Source: an uncultured Pedobacter sp. (GTDB lineage Bacteria; Bacteroidota; Bacteroidia; Sphingobacteriales; Sphingobacteriaceae). From it: a stretch of DNA of 64,000 nt. The notes below the pieces were generated by a model that was not told the DNA's origin, did no database searches, and saw only the letters and a list, made by a program, of their open reading frames with translations. The stretch covers positions 7,184 to 71,183 of the forward strand of contig CAZOVM010000005.1 of assembly GCA_964583395.1 (NCBI GenBank). Direction: 5' to 3'. A program made the translations under genes and the position numbers. Shown piece after piece: positions 30,826-41,348 of the stretch (position 1 is its first letter; every line of letters starts with the position of its first letter).

Positions 30826-32760
30826 ATGAAATTTAATCATTACAAAGTGGGGATCTTTAGTTTAATAACCTTTATTATTTTACTATCCTGTTCTAAAACG
30901 GACGACCCTACGCCTGAACCAACAAAAAAAATAACTTCAATTAGCATAGATGCAAGCAACTTTGAATTATCCTTAGGAGAAAGCACTACGCTATCAGTTA
31001 AGCACACACCCAGTGATATTGCTGCTCCTGTTTATAAATGGAGTTCTTCTGATGAGACTGTAGCAACCGTAACAGACGGCAAAATAAATGCATTAAAAAT
31101 TGGTGAGGCAACAATTACAGCAGAAGTCGCATCTACACAACTTAAATCACAAATAATTGTTAAAGTGATACCTGTTAGTGCAAATTCATTGGTGTTAACT
31201 TCTGATAAAAACACAATAGATATAGGAGAAAAAACAGTAATTGCTTATGAAATTTTACCACTAAATACAACCGATAAAAATAATTTAGTTATTGAGTGGA
31301 CTACAGATAAACCCGCTATTGCAACAGTAACAAATGGAGAAGTAACAGGTATTGCTGTAGGGACAGCCGAGATTACTGCTAAAATTAAAAATACAGACGT
31401 AACAGGAAAATTTAATATTACAGTTAAAGCTATTAGCGTATCTTCAATCAGCCTTGATCAACAATCAGGCTCTCTAAATATTGGATCTGAGAAAACCATC
31501 CGAGCTACAATTTTACCAGCAAATGCTACCAACAAAAACATTAATTGGTCGTCCAGCGACTCAAATGTTGCTACGGTATCTGCCGCAGGTATAATACAAG
31601 CTAAAAACACGGGCACTGCCAACATCACAGCTACCACCGAAGATGGCAATAAAACAGCTACATTTAAAGTAACTGTAACTCCAATATCTGTAACGAGTGT
31701 ATCATTACCTCAGTCGCAAGGAACGTTAGAAATAAATCAGACAGCTCAATTAACTCCTACGGTACTTCCGGCCAATGCTTCTAATAAAAATGTTAAATGG
31801 ACTTCGTCTGACGCAACAGTAGTGTCCGTTTCTTCAGCAGGCGTATTAAAAGCATTAAAATCTGGTTCAGCAACTATTACAGTTGAAACCACCGATGGAA
31901 ATAAAACTGCAACATACAAGGTAACAGTTCCGGAAATAGTTGCTCAATCAGTCACTTTAACATCCAGTAGTAATACCTTAGAAATCGGCAAGACTCTTCA
32001 GCTTACATATAACATTCTTCCTGCCAACACTAATAACAAAACATTAACATGGGCATCATCTAACTCAAATATTGCTACAATTAGTTCAACAGGATTAATT
32101 ACAGGTAAAGCAGCTGGAAACGTTACGATTACTGTTACGTCTAGTAATGGGAAAAAAGGAACATATACCGTGCAAATTACGCCTGTACAAATCTCAAAAA
32201 TTACTTTGTCAAAAACCAGTGTAGTTTTACCAACTTCCGTGAATTATGATTTAACGGTATCTCTTACTCCGTCAAATGCTGACGTTAACAATCTTGAGTG
32301 GTCTTCTAGCGACAATAATGTTGCTACTGTTGATATACATGGCAGAGTAAGAACAGTAGGAGTTGGAAAAGCAGTGATTTCTGTAAAGGCTGACAAAAAC
32401 AGTACAATTGTAGCGCAATGTGCTGTGGAAGTTAAGAGTTTAGCTTCTTTAGTAGAATTAAAACAGACACAATCTACGATTCATTTAATCTCTGTAAACA
32501 TAACCGATTTAACATCTAAAGTTGATGTTATTAACAATAGTGATTCGGAAATTCAGTTTTTAAAATTTGAAGTTAAAGACGCTAACGGAACACTTAAAGG
32601 ACTCTACGAAAGCACAAGAAATATTGGAGCAGGTAGCAAACTTGAATTAGATCACCGTTTATCCAACTGGAACAGTACAACTCACATGTATGTAACAGTA
32701 AAAGCAGGTAGTGTACAAGAGATTTTAAAAGTAGAATTAAAAAATCTTGGACGAAACTAA
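30826..32760 (+). CDS. Lipoprotein with six tandem Big_2 (Ig-like) domains and a distinct C-terminal domain
   Basis: ATG 30826 gives MKFNHYKVGIFSLITFIILLSC (lipobox); six repeats of P.N......W.SS...VATV..G...A...G.A.IT. Confidence 0.88.
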   Translation: MKFNHYKVGIFSLITFIILLSCSKTDDPTPEPTKKITSISIDASNFELSLGESTTLSVKHTPSDIAAPVYKWSSSDETVATVTDGKINALKIGEATITAEVASTQLKSQIIVKVIPVSANSLVLTSDKNTIDIGEKTVIAYEILPLNTTDKNNLVIEWTTDKPAIATVTNGEVTGIAVGTAEITAKIKNTDVTGKFNITVKAISVSSISLDQQSGSLNIGSEKTIRATILPANATNKNINWSSSDSNVATVSAAGIIQAKNTGTANITATTEDGNKTATFKVTVTPISVTSVSLPQSQGTLEINQTAQLTPTVLPANASNKNVKWTSSDATVVSVSSAGVLKALKSGSATITVETTDGNKTATYKVTVPEIVAQSVTLTSSSNTLEIGKTLQLTYNILPANTNNKTLTWASSNSNIATISSTGLITGKAAGNVTITVTSSNGKKGTYTVQITPVQISKITLSKTSVVLPTSVNYDLTVSLTPSNADVNNLEWSSSDNNVATVDIHGRVRTVGVGKAVISVKADKNSTIVAQCAVEVKSLASLVELKQTQSTIHLISVNITDLTSKVDVINNSDSEIQFLKFEVKDANGTLKGLYESTRNIGAGSKLELDHRLSNWNSTTHMYVTVKAGSVQEILKVELKNLGRN

Positions 32761-32814
32761 AACTCATTAAGAATAGAAAACATCCTAAAATATTAAACTT
32801 ATCTATTCAAGTAG

Positions 32815-32847
32815 AAAGGCCATTTTGATATTCAAAATGGCCTTTTT
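32815..32847. terminator. Bidirectional intrinsic terminator
   Basis: AAAGGCCATTTTGA / TCAAAATGGCCTTT inverted repeat. Confidence 0.85.
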
Positions 32848-32867
32848 ATATAATATTATTTTCAATC

Positions 32868-33206
32868 TTATGAACTTGGTTTATCTCTTATTTGCGAAGC
32901 TTTTAAATAAACTTTAGCTCCTTTTTTATTGATATAATATTTGTTATTCTTTCCATCAATATAAACATTTGAACCATCAGGAGCCATTTTACCTTTATAG
33001 GTTTGATCTGCTACTTTAGAAGCTCCTTTTACAGCAACCTCTGCGGTTTTATCTCCAGCAGCTTTTGCTCCCTTTTCAACAGCTTTAGTTGTCTTCTGAA
33101 TTACTTTACCAGCTTCCGTTTTCTTTTTTTCTTGAGCTTTCGCCAATATCGGCATTACGGCAAACATAGCAACCGCAGCAAATGCCATTATAAATTTCTT
33201 TTTCAT
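32868..33206 (-). CDS. Small secreted basic protein with a C-terminal PBCV basic-adaptor-like motif
   Basis: Signal peptide, K/A-rich helix, VYIDGKNNKYYINKKGAKVYL. Confidence 0.6.
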   Translation of the reverse strand: MKKKFIMAFAAVAMFAVMPILAKAQEKKKTEAGKVIQKTTKAVEKGAKAAGDKTAEVAVKGASKVADQTYKGKMAPDGSNVYIDGKNNKYYINKKGAKVYLKASQIRDKPSS

Positions 33207-33264
33207 AGCGCATTTATTTTTATAAAAAACAAGAAAAATAGACTTTTGTTTTACGGCTTTACTT

Positions 33265-34260
33265 CTAGCTTAAGAATTTAGTAAGCGAAGCCATTTCTAT
33301 TGCAGGCGATTTACGTTCGTATAAAATATCGTGTACAGCCTTACAAATTGGCATGGAAACCATGTATTTCTTATTAATTTCATGCATACATTTAACAGCG
33401 TAATAACCTTCTGCAACCATATTCATTTCTAGTTGAGCAGATTTAACTGTATACCCCTTCCCAATCATATTTCCGAAAGTTCTATTTCTACTAAACTGAG
33501 AATAAGCCGTAACTAACAAGTCTCCCAAATAGGCCGACTCTTTTATATCCCGTTCAATAGGATGTACCACGTCTACAAAGGCTTTAATTTCTCTGATAGC
33601 ATTCGAAATTAAAACTGCCTGAAAATTATCTCCATAACCTACTCCATGACAAATTCCGCTTGCAACAGCATAAATATTCTTCAATACCGCAGCGTATTCG
33701 GTACCAAAAATATCGTCAGAAACATTCGTCTTTATAAAACGGGTGTTTAATAACCCCGCAAAGGTTGTTGCTGCATTATTATCTGGCGATGCAATTGTTA
33801 AATAAGAGAGCTTCTCTAACGCTACTTCCTCAGCATGGCATGGCCCGCTAATTACTAAAATATCGTTTAAATCAACATCGTAAAATCGATTTAAAAACTC
33901 TCCAATTATTAAATTTTCGTCCGGAACGATCCCCTTAATTGCTGAAACAATCTTCTTCCCTTTTAACCCATCAGGTTTAATATCTTTTAATGCATCCTTT
34001 AAAAAGGCTGCCGGAACATTCAGTATAACGAAATCAGCATCAGCTATTACTTCATTAATATTAGTTGAAATATTTGCTGCCGGTAATGTTATCTGAACAG
34101 AACTTAAATAAGTAGGATTATTACCAAATAGCTGAATATGTTCAATTGCTGAAGCATTACGCATCCACCAATTAATTTTCTTTTCCGTGGTATTATCGGA
34201 GAGCATTTTTATTATTGCGGTAGCCCAACTCCCGCCCCCAATCATAGCAACTGTTGACAT
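33265..34260 (-). CDS. gpsA: NAD(P)H-dependent glycerol-3-phosphate dehydrogenase
   Basis: GGGSWATA, SAIKG, SGPCHAEEV, LKNIYA, GDLLVTAYSQFSRN, VAEG. Confidence 0.95.
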   Translation of the reverse strand: MSTVAMIGGGSWATAIIKMLSDNTTEKKINWWMRNASAIEHIQLFGNNPTYLSSVQITLPAANISTNINEVIADADFVILNVPAAFLKDALKDIKPDGLKGKKIVSAIKGIVPDENLIIGEFLNRFYDVDLNDILVISGPCHAEEVALEKLSYLTIASPDNNAATTFAGLLNTRFIKTNVSDDIFGTEYAAVLKNIYAVASGICHGVGYGDNFQAVLISNAIREIKAFVDVVHPIERDIKESAYLGDLLVTAYSQFSRNRTFGNMIGKGYTVKSAQLEMNMVAEGYYAVKCMHEINKKYMVSMPICKAVHDILYERKSPAIEMASLTKFLS

Positions 34261-34288
34261 TTATTTACTTAAAAATTTAAACATACGC

Positions 34289-34323
34289 AAAAAGCCCCAT
34301 ACGTACACAACATATGGGGCTTT
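34289..34323 (-). terminator. Hairpin/terminator between the adaptor gene and gpsA
   Basis: AAAGCCCCAT / ATGGGGCTTT inverted repeat with a T run on the minus strand. Confidence 0.7.
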
Positions 34324-34340
34324 GATTTAAGTTTTATCGT

Positions 34341-35675
34341 TTATTTCTTTGTAGATGAGTCTGATTTATCTTTAGAACTATTTTCTACTTTTAAACCATC
34401 TTTAAGTTTATTTTGAAACGCAGAATAAGGGCCTGTCACTAATTCTTCACCTTCTTTAATACCCGTTTTAACAATAATATACTGATCATTTTGAATACCT
34501 GTAGTTACCTCTACTTTCTTAATCGTACCGTTGTTAAATAAATATACAAATTGCTTAGTCTGCTTGTCGGTTAACCTTGCTTTTTGTTTATCAGCGTTTT
34601 GCTGATCTGTATTTCCATTATTGTTATCCGACTTGGTATTGTCTTTTTTCGAATCAATAAATACAGCTTGAATAGGCACAGACAAACCTTTTTCAGAGCT
34701 ACTTTGAATATCTACTGTTGCCGAAAGTCCTGGACGGAATTGAGAAACACCACCTTCAGAATCTACAATTAATCTCACTTTAACCGTAAAATTGGTTACT
34801 TGATCAACAGATGTTGCTGCTGCTCCTACCGCTGTAGACGAACTAGCAATTTCAGTTACAATACCTTCAAATTTTTCATCAGCAAAAGCATCTACTTCAA
34901 TAGTAGCTTTATCTCCAACCTTAACACGATTGATATCATTTTCGTTAACATCAACATTTACTTCCATATTGGTTAAGTTAGAGATACGCATAATTTCGGT
35001 ACCTGCCATTTGAGCAGTTCCAAGAATTCTATCACCCAACTCTATAGACAATTTAGAAACCACACCATCTACAGGCGCAAAAATAGTAGCTTTCGCTAAA
35101 TTTGCTCCGGCTTCTTGTACGTTTGCTCCTGATTGCTCTAAATTAAATTTTGCGGCAATCACATTTTGACGAGCGCTCTCCAAACCTGTTTTAGCCGTTA
35201 AATAAGCAACTTTTGCGGCATCAAACTCGGAAGCAGAAATTACTTTTTTATCGTGTAACTCTGTATTTCTTTTGAAAGTAATCTCAGCGTTTGCCATATT
35301 ACCTTTTGCTTGTTCTAATTGTTGTTCAGAAGCAGCAACACTTGCCTTTTGAGCACTATATGATGCTGTAGCTCTATCGTAACCAGATTTTAAAACATCT
35401 GGACGTACGCGACAAAGTAACTGACCTTTTTTAACAACGTCTCCTTCTTTTACCAACAACTCTACAACTTCTCCTGATACCTCAGAACTTAATTTAACTT
35501 CTGTTGCAGGTTGTATTTTTCCACTTGCTGTTACAGTTTCAATAACTTCTCTAGTAGATGCTTTCTCAACAGTAACTTGTTGAATATCTTCACCACCAAT
35601 TAGTCCAGCTGCTTTAGCAACCACAAGTAAGACAACCAGTACGCCTACTGCGATTAATATGTGCTTAAGTTTCAT
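34341..35675 (-). CDS. Efflux periplasmic adaptor (MacA/HlyD-like)
   Basis: N-terminal TM, ASGKIQP..V.LSSEVSG.V..L.VKEGD.VKKGQ, coiled coil, APVDGVV, RPGLSA. Confidence 0.9.
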   Translation of the reverse strand: MKLKHILIAVGVLVVLLVVAKAAGLIGGEDIQQVTVEKASTREVIETVTASGKIQPATEVKLSSEVSGEVVELLVKEGDVVKKGQLLCRVRPDVLKSGYDRATASYSAQKASVAASEQQLEQAKGNMANAEITFKRNTELHDKKVISASEFDAAKVAYLTAKTGLESARQNVIAAKFNLEQSGANVQEAGANLAKATIFAPVDGVVSKLSIELGDRILGTAQMAGTEIMRISNLTNMEVNVDVNENDINRVKVGDKATIEVDAFADEKFEGIVTEIASSSTAVGAAATSVDQVTNFTVKVRLIVDSEGGVSQFRPGLSATVDIQSSSEKGLSVPIQAVFIDSKKDNTKSDNNNGNTDQQNADKQKARLTDKQTKQFVYLFNNGTIKKVEVTTGIQNDQYIIVKTGIKEGEELVTGPYSAFQNKLKDGLKVENSSKDKSDSSTKK

Positions 35676-35704
35676 AGTATTTATTTATGCGGGTTTATTT
35701 TTTA

Positions 35705-37093
35705 TTAAAAAGTTATTTGTTTGCCTAAGTAATAATCAATCACTTTAGCTCTAAATATTAAATCGTATTTGGCCTGAATCATGTCTGTTTCAGCTTTATT
35801 CATATTGGTTCTAGCAGTACTATAATCTAAAGAGTTCACCAAACCAACATTATAACGTTCTTCAATTACAAAGAATGCATCTTTTGACGCCAAAAATGTA
35901 TTGGTGTTACTTGTAAATCTACTTTCTGCAGCTTTCAAATCGGCCGTTGCCTGGTAAATGACTTTCTGTAAATTATTTTTATTCAATTGCTCACTTACCT
36001 GAGCATTCTCGTATCTGATTTTTGCTTGTCTTACATTTGAACGAGCATTAAAACCATTGAATATTGGAATTCTAATACTCATTCCTATTCCTTGTCCGAA
36101 ACGATCGCCAAACTGCTTTTCAAATGATGATTGTCTTATGGGCAACCCAGTAACAGGATTAACCGCATCATAACCAAATTGGTATGAATAAGAAGAAGAC
36201 ATACTAGCACCTAAACCTATGCTTGGATAAAAGTTAGCTTTTGCTATCTCTATTCCTTTTTTTGCGGCTTGCGTTCTTAAACTAAATAAGCCAACATCTG
36301 GGAAAGTAGCTAATGCGCTTTGAAAAACTTCATTCGGATTTACTTTTGAGCTAATGCCGGCAACATCGTTATACAAAGGTGCCTGAACTAAAAACGGCTC
36401 AGTAGGCTGACGTTCCATTAACTGACCCAGCGTTAAATAAGAAATCTCTAGCGCATTCGCTGCATTAGTAACATTTAATTCTGCTGTAGCTACCTGCGAT
36501 TTAGCCTGCGACAAATCTGCTAAAGTTTTATCTCCAACACTAATTAACTCCTCTTCTCTTTTTAAAGTTTGATTAGCAACTGTTAACTGTTCTTGTGAAG
36601 CTCTTAACAAATCAGTGTTAAATAACACCTGTAAATAAGCGGTCACAACCTGTATAATTAAATCATTTTTAACCTTGTTAACATTCGTCTGATCTGCTTC
36701 TAAAAGTATTTTATTCTGCTTAATTGTATTTAGTTTAGAAAATCCATTAAACACATCAACATTACTTGAAACACTTGCATTAAAGAAAAATGAAGTTTGA
36801 TTTACTACCTCGAAAGTATTCTGATCCAAACCACGTCCGAAGTTTAATGAAGGATTCGTATTCGCGTTCAATGTAGGAATCAAACTATTTTTAGATTGCA
36901 ACAATTGTTCACTGGTTAAATTGGTGGTTAACTGCGCTTGTCTAACTTGTAAGTTGTTCTTTAACGTACTGTCTACAGCTTGCTGTATAGTAATTACCTG
37001 CTGAGCATTTGCCGTAGCTGCATTTAAAGTAAAAACGCCTAGAATAAGTACAAAAAACTTATGCATGTTTATGAAGGCGGAATTTTTTTTCAT
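35705..37093 (-). CDS. TolC family outer-membrane efflux protein
   Basis: Signal peptide; two OEP repeats; ERYNVGLVNSLDY; AKYDLIF. Confidence 0.92.
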   Translation of the reverse strand: MKKNSAFINMHKFFVLILGVFTLNAATANAQQVITIQQAVDSTLKNNLQVRQAQLTTNLTSEQLLQSKNSLIPTLNANTNPSLNFGRGLDQNTFEVVNQTSFFFNASVSSNVDVFNGFSKLNTIKQNKILLEADQTNVNKVKNDLIIQVVTAYLQVLFNTDLLRASQEQLTVANQTLKREEELISVGDKTLADLSQAKSQVATAELNVTNAANALEISYLTLGQLMERQPTEPFLVQAPLYNDVAGISSKVNPNEVFQSALATFPDVGLFSLRTQAAKKGIEIAKANFYPSIGLGASMSSSYSYQFGYDAVNPVTGLPIRQSSFEKQFGDRFGQGIGMSIRIPIFNGFNARSNVRQAKIRYENAQVSEQLNKNNLQKVIYQATADLKAAESRFTSNTNTFLASKDAFFVIEERYNVGLVNSLDYSTARTNMNKAETDMIQAKYDLIFRAKVIDYYLGKQITF

Positions 37094-37168
37094 ATATTAA
37101 ATTTTACAATTATACAATAAACTCATCAATTTTAGTGGCCATCTCCCCATATTTACCTACTTTTACGT

Positions 37169-37789
37169 ATGTATCTGGTTAAACCACCCCTATTCCTAAA
37201 ACTATTCTATCCATCTTTAATATGGAACGAATCCAGAAACGAAAAGATCATTTATTTAACCTTTGACGACGGACCTATACCGGATGTTACAGAATTTGTA
37301 TTAAAAACTTTAGAAACCTATAAAGTTAAAGCAACCTTTTTCTGTATCGGCGATAATGTTATTAAACACCCGGAAATATTTGAAACCATCAAAAAAAATG
37401 GACATTCCATTGGAAACCATACTTTTAACCATTTAAAAGGATGGGATACTCCTTCCGATATTTATCTCGATAACACTATAAAATGTGAACAAATCACTCA
37501 ATCAAATTTATTTAGACCTCCTTACGGCAGAATAAAACAAAGTCAGATAAAAAAGATTAGGGAAACATTTGGAAAACACTATAAAATTGTAATGTGGGAC
37601 GTGCTAAGTGGCGATTACGACCCCGGTACTTCTCCCGAAGAATGTTTGAAAAATGTTTTAAAGCACACCCAAAATGGGTCTATTGTTGTTTTTCACGATA
37701 GTTTAAAGGCCTCAAAAAATATGCAATATACTTTACCTCTGTTTTTGCAACATTTTCAGGATTTAGGGTTCAGTTTTCAAACACTTTAG
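37169..37789 (+). CDS. Polysaccharide deacetylase (CE4/NodB)
   Basis: LTFDDGP, GNHTFNH, FRPPYG, MWDV, VFHD. Confidence 0.93.
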   Translation: MYLVKPPLFLKLFYPSLIWNESRNEKIIYLTFDDGPIPDVTEFVLKTLETYKVKATFFCIGDNVIKHPEIFETIKKNGHSIGNHTFNHLKGWDTPSDIYLDNTIKCEQITQSNLFRPPYGRIKQSQIKKIRETFGKHYKIVMWDVLSGDYDPGTSPEECLKNVLKHTQNGSIVVFHDSLKASKNMQYTLPLFLQHFQDLGFSFQTL

Positions 37790-37899
37790 TTAGGTTTACC
37801 GCTATTATATTTAATTTTATGAAAATTAGGTGATAGCTATGGCTATTTTTTTTCGTAAATTCGCATTTAAGAATTAATCACCAATAAAGATCTCTCTCG

Positions 37900-40173
37900 A
37901 TGGCTTTTGATATAGAAATGATCAAAGAAGTTTATTCAAACTTCAGTACAAAGGTAGAAGCGGCTAGGAATATAGTTGGCCGTCCGCTTACTCTATCTGA
38001 AAAAATACTTTATGCACACTTGTGGGATGGGAATCCGACAACCGCTTTTAATCGTGGTACAGACTATGTAGACTTTGCCCCAGACCGTGTTGCCATGCAA
38101 GATGCAACAGCTCAAATGGCATTATTACAATTTATGCAGGCAGGCAGACCAAAAGTTGCCGTTCCTTCTACCGTTCATTGCGACCACTTAATTACAGCTA
38201 AAGATGGGGCAAATCAAGATTTACCACATGCAAAAACGGAAAGTGCTGAAGTTTTTGACTTCCTAGCTTCTGTTTCAAATAAATATGGTATCGGTTTTTG
38301 GAAACCAGGTGCCGGAATTATCCATCAAGTAGTATTGGAAAATTACGCATTCCCAGGCGGAATGATGATTGGTACCGATAGTCACACCGTAAATGCGGGT
38401 GGTTTAGGTATGGTTGCTATTGGTGTAGGTGGTGCAGATGCCTGCGATGTGATGGCCGGGTTACCTTGGGAACTTAAATTCCCAAAATTAATTGGCGTAA
38501 AATTAACAGGTAAATTAAATGGCTGGACTTCAGCAAAAGATGTCATACTAAAAGTGGCTGGTATTTTAACCGTAAAAGGTGGTACTGGTGCCATTGTTGA
38601 ATATTTTGGTGAAGGCGCAACCAATATGAGTTGTACTGGTAAAGGTACTATTTGTAATATGGGTGCCGAGATTGGTGCTACTACTTCAACTTTCGGCTAT
38701 GACGAAAGCATGGAAAGGTATTTACGCGCTACCAACAGAAACGAAGTTGCTGATTTAGCAAATAATATAAAAGAACATTTAACAGGAGACCCAGAAGTTT
38801 ACAGCAATCCTGAAACATATTTTGATCAGGTAATCGAGATTAATTTAGATGAGCTAGAGCCTTATTTAAATGGTCCATTTACACCAGATTTGGCAACGCC
38901 TATTTCGCAAATGAAAGAAGTTGCTGCCGCAAACGGATGGCCAACCAAAATTGAAGTAGGATTAATCGGCTCATGTACAAATAGCTCATACGAGGATATT
39001 TCTAGAGCCGTTAGCATTGCTAAACAAGTAAAAAGCAAAGGTCTGGTTACCCAAGCAGAATATTGCATTAACCCAGGTTCTGAACAAATAAGATATACCA
39101 TTGAAAGAGATGGATACCTAAATGTTTTAGAAGACATAGGTGCTACTTTATTTACTAATGCTTGCGGACCGTGTATTGGTATGTGGGATCGCGTTGGTGC
39201 TGAAAAACAAGAAAAAAACACCATAGTTCACTCTTTCAACAGAAATTTTGCGAAACGTGCTGATGGCAACCCCAATACATTTGCATTTGTTGGTTCGCCA
39301 GAATTGGTTACAGCTTTGGCCATTGCGGGCGATTTAAACTTTAATCCTTTAACCGATTCATTGGTTAATGACAAAGGTGAATCAGTGATGTTAGACGCTC
39401 CATCTGGAGATGAATTACCTATAAATGGATTTGCTGTAGAAGACGCAGGCTATCAGCAACCAGCAGAAGACGGATCAAAAGTTGAAGTAATTGTTTCTCC
39501 AACTTCTCATAGACTTCAATTACTGGATCCATTTAAACCTTGGGAAGGAACTGACTTAAAAGGCTTAAAATTATTAATTAAAGCTAAAGGAAAATGTACT
39601 ACTGACCATATCTCTATGGCTGGCCCATGGTTGAAATTCAGAGGTCACTTAGACAACATTTCTAACAATATGCTCATCGGTGCAGTAAATTATTTTAACG
39701 ATAAAACTGACACTGTTAAAAATCAATTAACTGGCGAATATGGTCCAGTTCCGGCTACGCAACGCGATTATAAAGCAGATGGAATTGGCTCTATCGTGGT
39801 AGGTGATGAGAATTATGGCGAAGGTTCTTCAAGAGAACACGCTGCCATGGAACCTCGTCATTTAGGTGTTCGTGCTGTATTGGTGAAATCATTTGCACGA
39901 ATCCATGAAACAAACCTTAAAAAACAAGGAATGTTAGGTTTAACTTTCGAAGATAAAGAAGATTACAATAAAATTTTAGAGGATGATGTTATAGACATCA
40001 TTGGATTAACAGAGTTTACCCCTAATGTTCCTTTAACTTTGATTTTAAATCATAAAGATGGTTCTATAGAGCAGTTCAAAGTAAATCACAGCTACAATGC
40101 ACAACAAATTGAATGGTTTAAAGCTGGAGGCGCTTTAAATATCATTAGAAAAGAAGCTGCAGAAAAAGGCTAG
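37900..40173 (+). CDS. acnA: Aconitate hydratase (mitochondrial-type)
   Basis: [53 protein letters not shown]. Confidence 0.97.
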   Translation: MAFDIEMIKEVYSNFSTKVEAARNIVGRPLTLSEKILYAHLWDGNPTTAFNRGTDYVDFAPDRVAMQDATAQMALLQFMQAGRPKVAVPSTVHCDHLITAKDGANQDLPHAKTESAEVFDFLASVSNKYGIGFWKPGAGIIHQVVLENYAFPGGMMIGTDSHTVNAGGLGMVAIGVGGADACDVMAGLPWELKFPKLIGVKLTGKLNGWTSAKDVILKVAGILTVKGGTGAIVEYFGEGATNMSCTGKGTICNMGAEIGATTSTFGYDESMERYLRATNRNEVADLANNIKEHLTGDPEVYSNPETYFDQVIEINLDELEPYLNGPFTPDLATPISQMKEVAAANGWPTKIEVGLIGSCTNSSYEDISRAVSIAKQVKSKGLVTQAEYCINPGSEQIRYTIERDGYLNVLEDIGATLFTNACGPCIGMWDRVGAEKQEKNTIVHSFNRNFAKRADGNPNTFAFVGSPELVTALAIAGDLNFNPLTDSLVNDKGESVMLDAPSGDELPINGFAVEDAGYQQPAEDGSKVEVIVSPTSHRLQLLDPFKPWEGTDLKGLKLLIKAKGKCTTDHISMAGPWLKFRGHLDNISNNMLIGAVNYFNDKTDTVKNQLTGEYGPVPATQRDYKADGIGSIVVGDENYGEGSSREHAAMEPRHLGVRAVLVKSFARIHETNLKKQGMLGLTFEDKEDYNKILEDDVIDIIGLTEFTPNVPLTLILNHKDGSIEQFKVNHSYNAQQIEWFKAGGALNIIRKEAAEKG

Positions 40174-40199
40174 AAAAACACGTACAGCTAAAACAATAT

Positions 40200-40235
40200 A
40201 ATCCCATTTCAGAATTCTGAAATGGGATTTTTTTT
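40200..40235. terminator. Intrinsic terminator after aconitase
   Basis: AATCCCATTTCAG / CTGAAATGGGATT followed by a T run. Confidence 0.85.
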
Positions 40236-41343
40236 AAGGCATCAAAGCCACTTTCATTCCTTTATTATCTACTTTATACCAGTTTCCATCTAAATATAGC
40301 GCGGCTTGATGGATACCAGCATGATGGTTTACATCGACCCCCAAAACTTTACCATTGTAGTAAAAACCAATATTTGTATCTCTAATGGTATGACCAACTA
40401 CTATACGTTTTACGTCATACAGTCTCAAAGTTTTATCTACCTCTTCTTCTTTTATTTTAGGCTCTGTAAAATAGCCCCGATACCAAAACAAAGAAGTCTT
40501 TGAACCATAAAATGCCGCTATACCTGGATTTCTTTCTCCTAATTGATCTAAATACATGGCCTTATCGTAAAATGGGCGGCAACTATCATTTATTTGTTGT
40601 AATGGCATACCAACATCGTTTACGGCCGAAGAAATGCCAGCATGTGCACATAGATTATCTCCTATTTTTTCAATCACATTCTTATTACGTAGCCATCTAC
40701 CTAGTTCTGTATTTGTGCTAAACAAATCGCCGTATTCATGCCCCATCGCTTTTGATATTTCCATATAACGAGCATCTACATACCGCAAATCGCCACTCAA
40801 ATTCATGATGTCATGATTACCCAAAATAGTATGTACGTAACCACCATGTTTAACGGCTTCAGTTTCTAACTTATAAAGTAACCAAAGAACTTCAGTAACC
40901 TGCTTACCCCTATCAAATAAATCGCCACATATAACTAACTTCCCCGCCCCGTACGTCCAATTATAAGATTCATCAATTACATTTTGGGCTATTAACAAAG
41001 ACTTAAACCCTTGAAATGTCCCTTCTACATCAGAAAGAAATAACATCTTTGATGCGCCCTTAGAAATTGCAGGCTCATTCAATAAACGCTCTTTAAGTTT
41101 AAACGAGAAACTAGAGCTAGATGATACATTCACAGTAACTTCAAAATCTTTCCTGTTATTTATTTCCGTATTTATCAAGTTCCCGTTTTTTATTTGCTTC
41201 ACAATTACTTTATCATTCTCATAAAAAATGTGAGGAGCTTCAGATAACTCAGATGTTTGACCCATTATAGATTGATTGATGAAAATAAAACCAACCGATA
41301 ACATTAAAAATTTGATTTTGTATATTTTCTTCATGATGCTCAA
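40234..41343 (-). CDS. Secreted calcineurin-like metallophosphoesterase (Shewanella-like phosphatase type)
   Basis: SDVEG, GDLFDRG, LGNHD, HAGIS, FWYRGY, VGHT. Confidence 0.85.
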   Translation of the reverse strand: MSIMKKIYKIKFLMLSVGFIFINQSIMGQTSELSEAPHIFYENDKVIVKQIKNGNLINTEINNRKDFEVTVNVSSSSSFSFKLKERLLNEPAISKGASKMLFLSDVEGTFQGFKSLLIAQNVIDESYNWTYGAGKLVICGDLFDRGKQVTEVLWLLYKLETEAVKHGGYVHTILGNHDIMNLSGDLRYVDARYMEISKAMGHEYGDLFSTNTELGRWLRNKNVIEKIGDNLCAHAGISSAVNDVGMPLQQINDSCRPFYDKAMYLDQLGERNPGIAAFYGSKTSLFWYRGYFTEPKIKEEEVDKTLRLYDVKRIVVGHTIRDTNIGFYYNGKVLGVDVNHHAGIHQAALYLDGNWYKVDNKGMKVALMP

Positions 41344-41348
41344 TTTAA

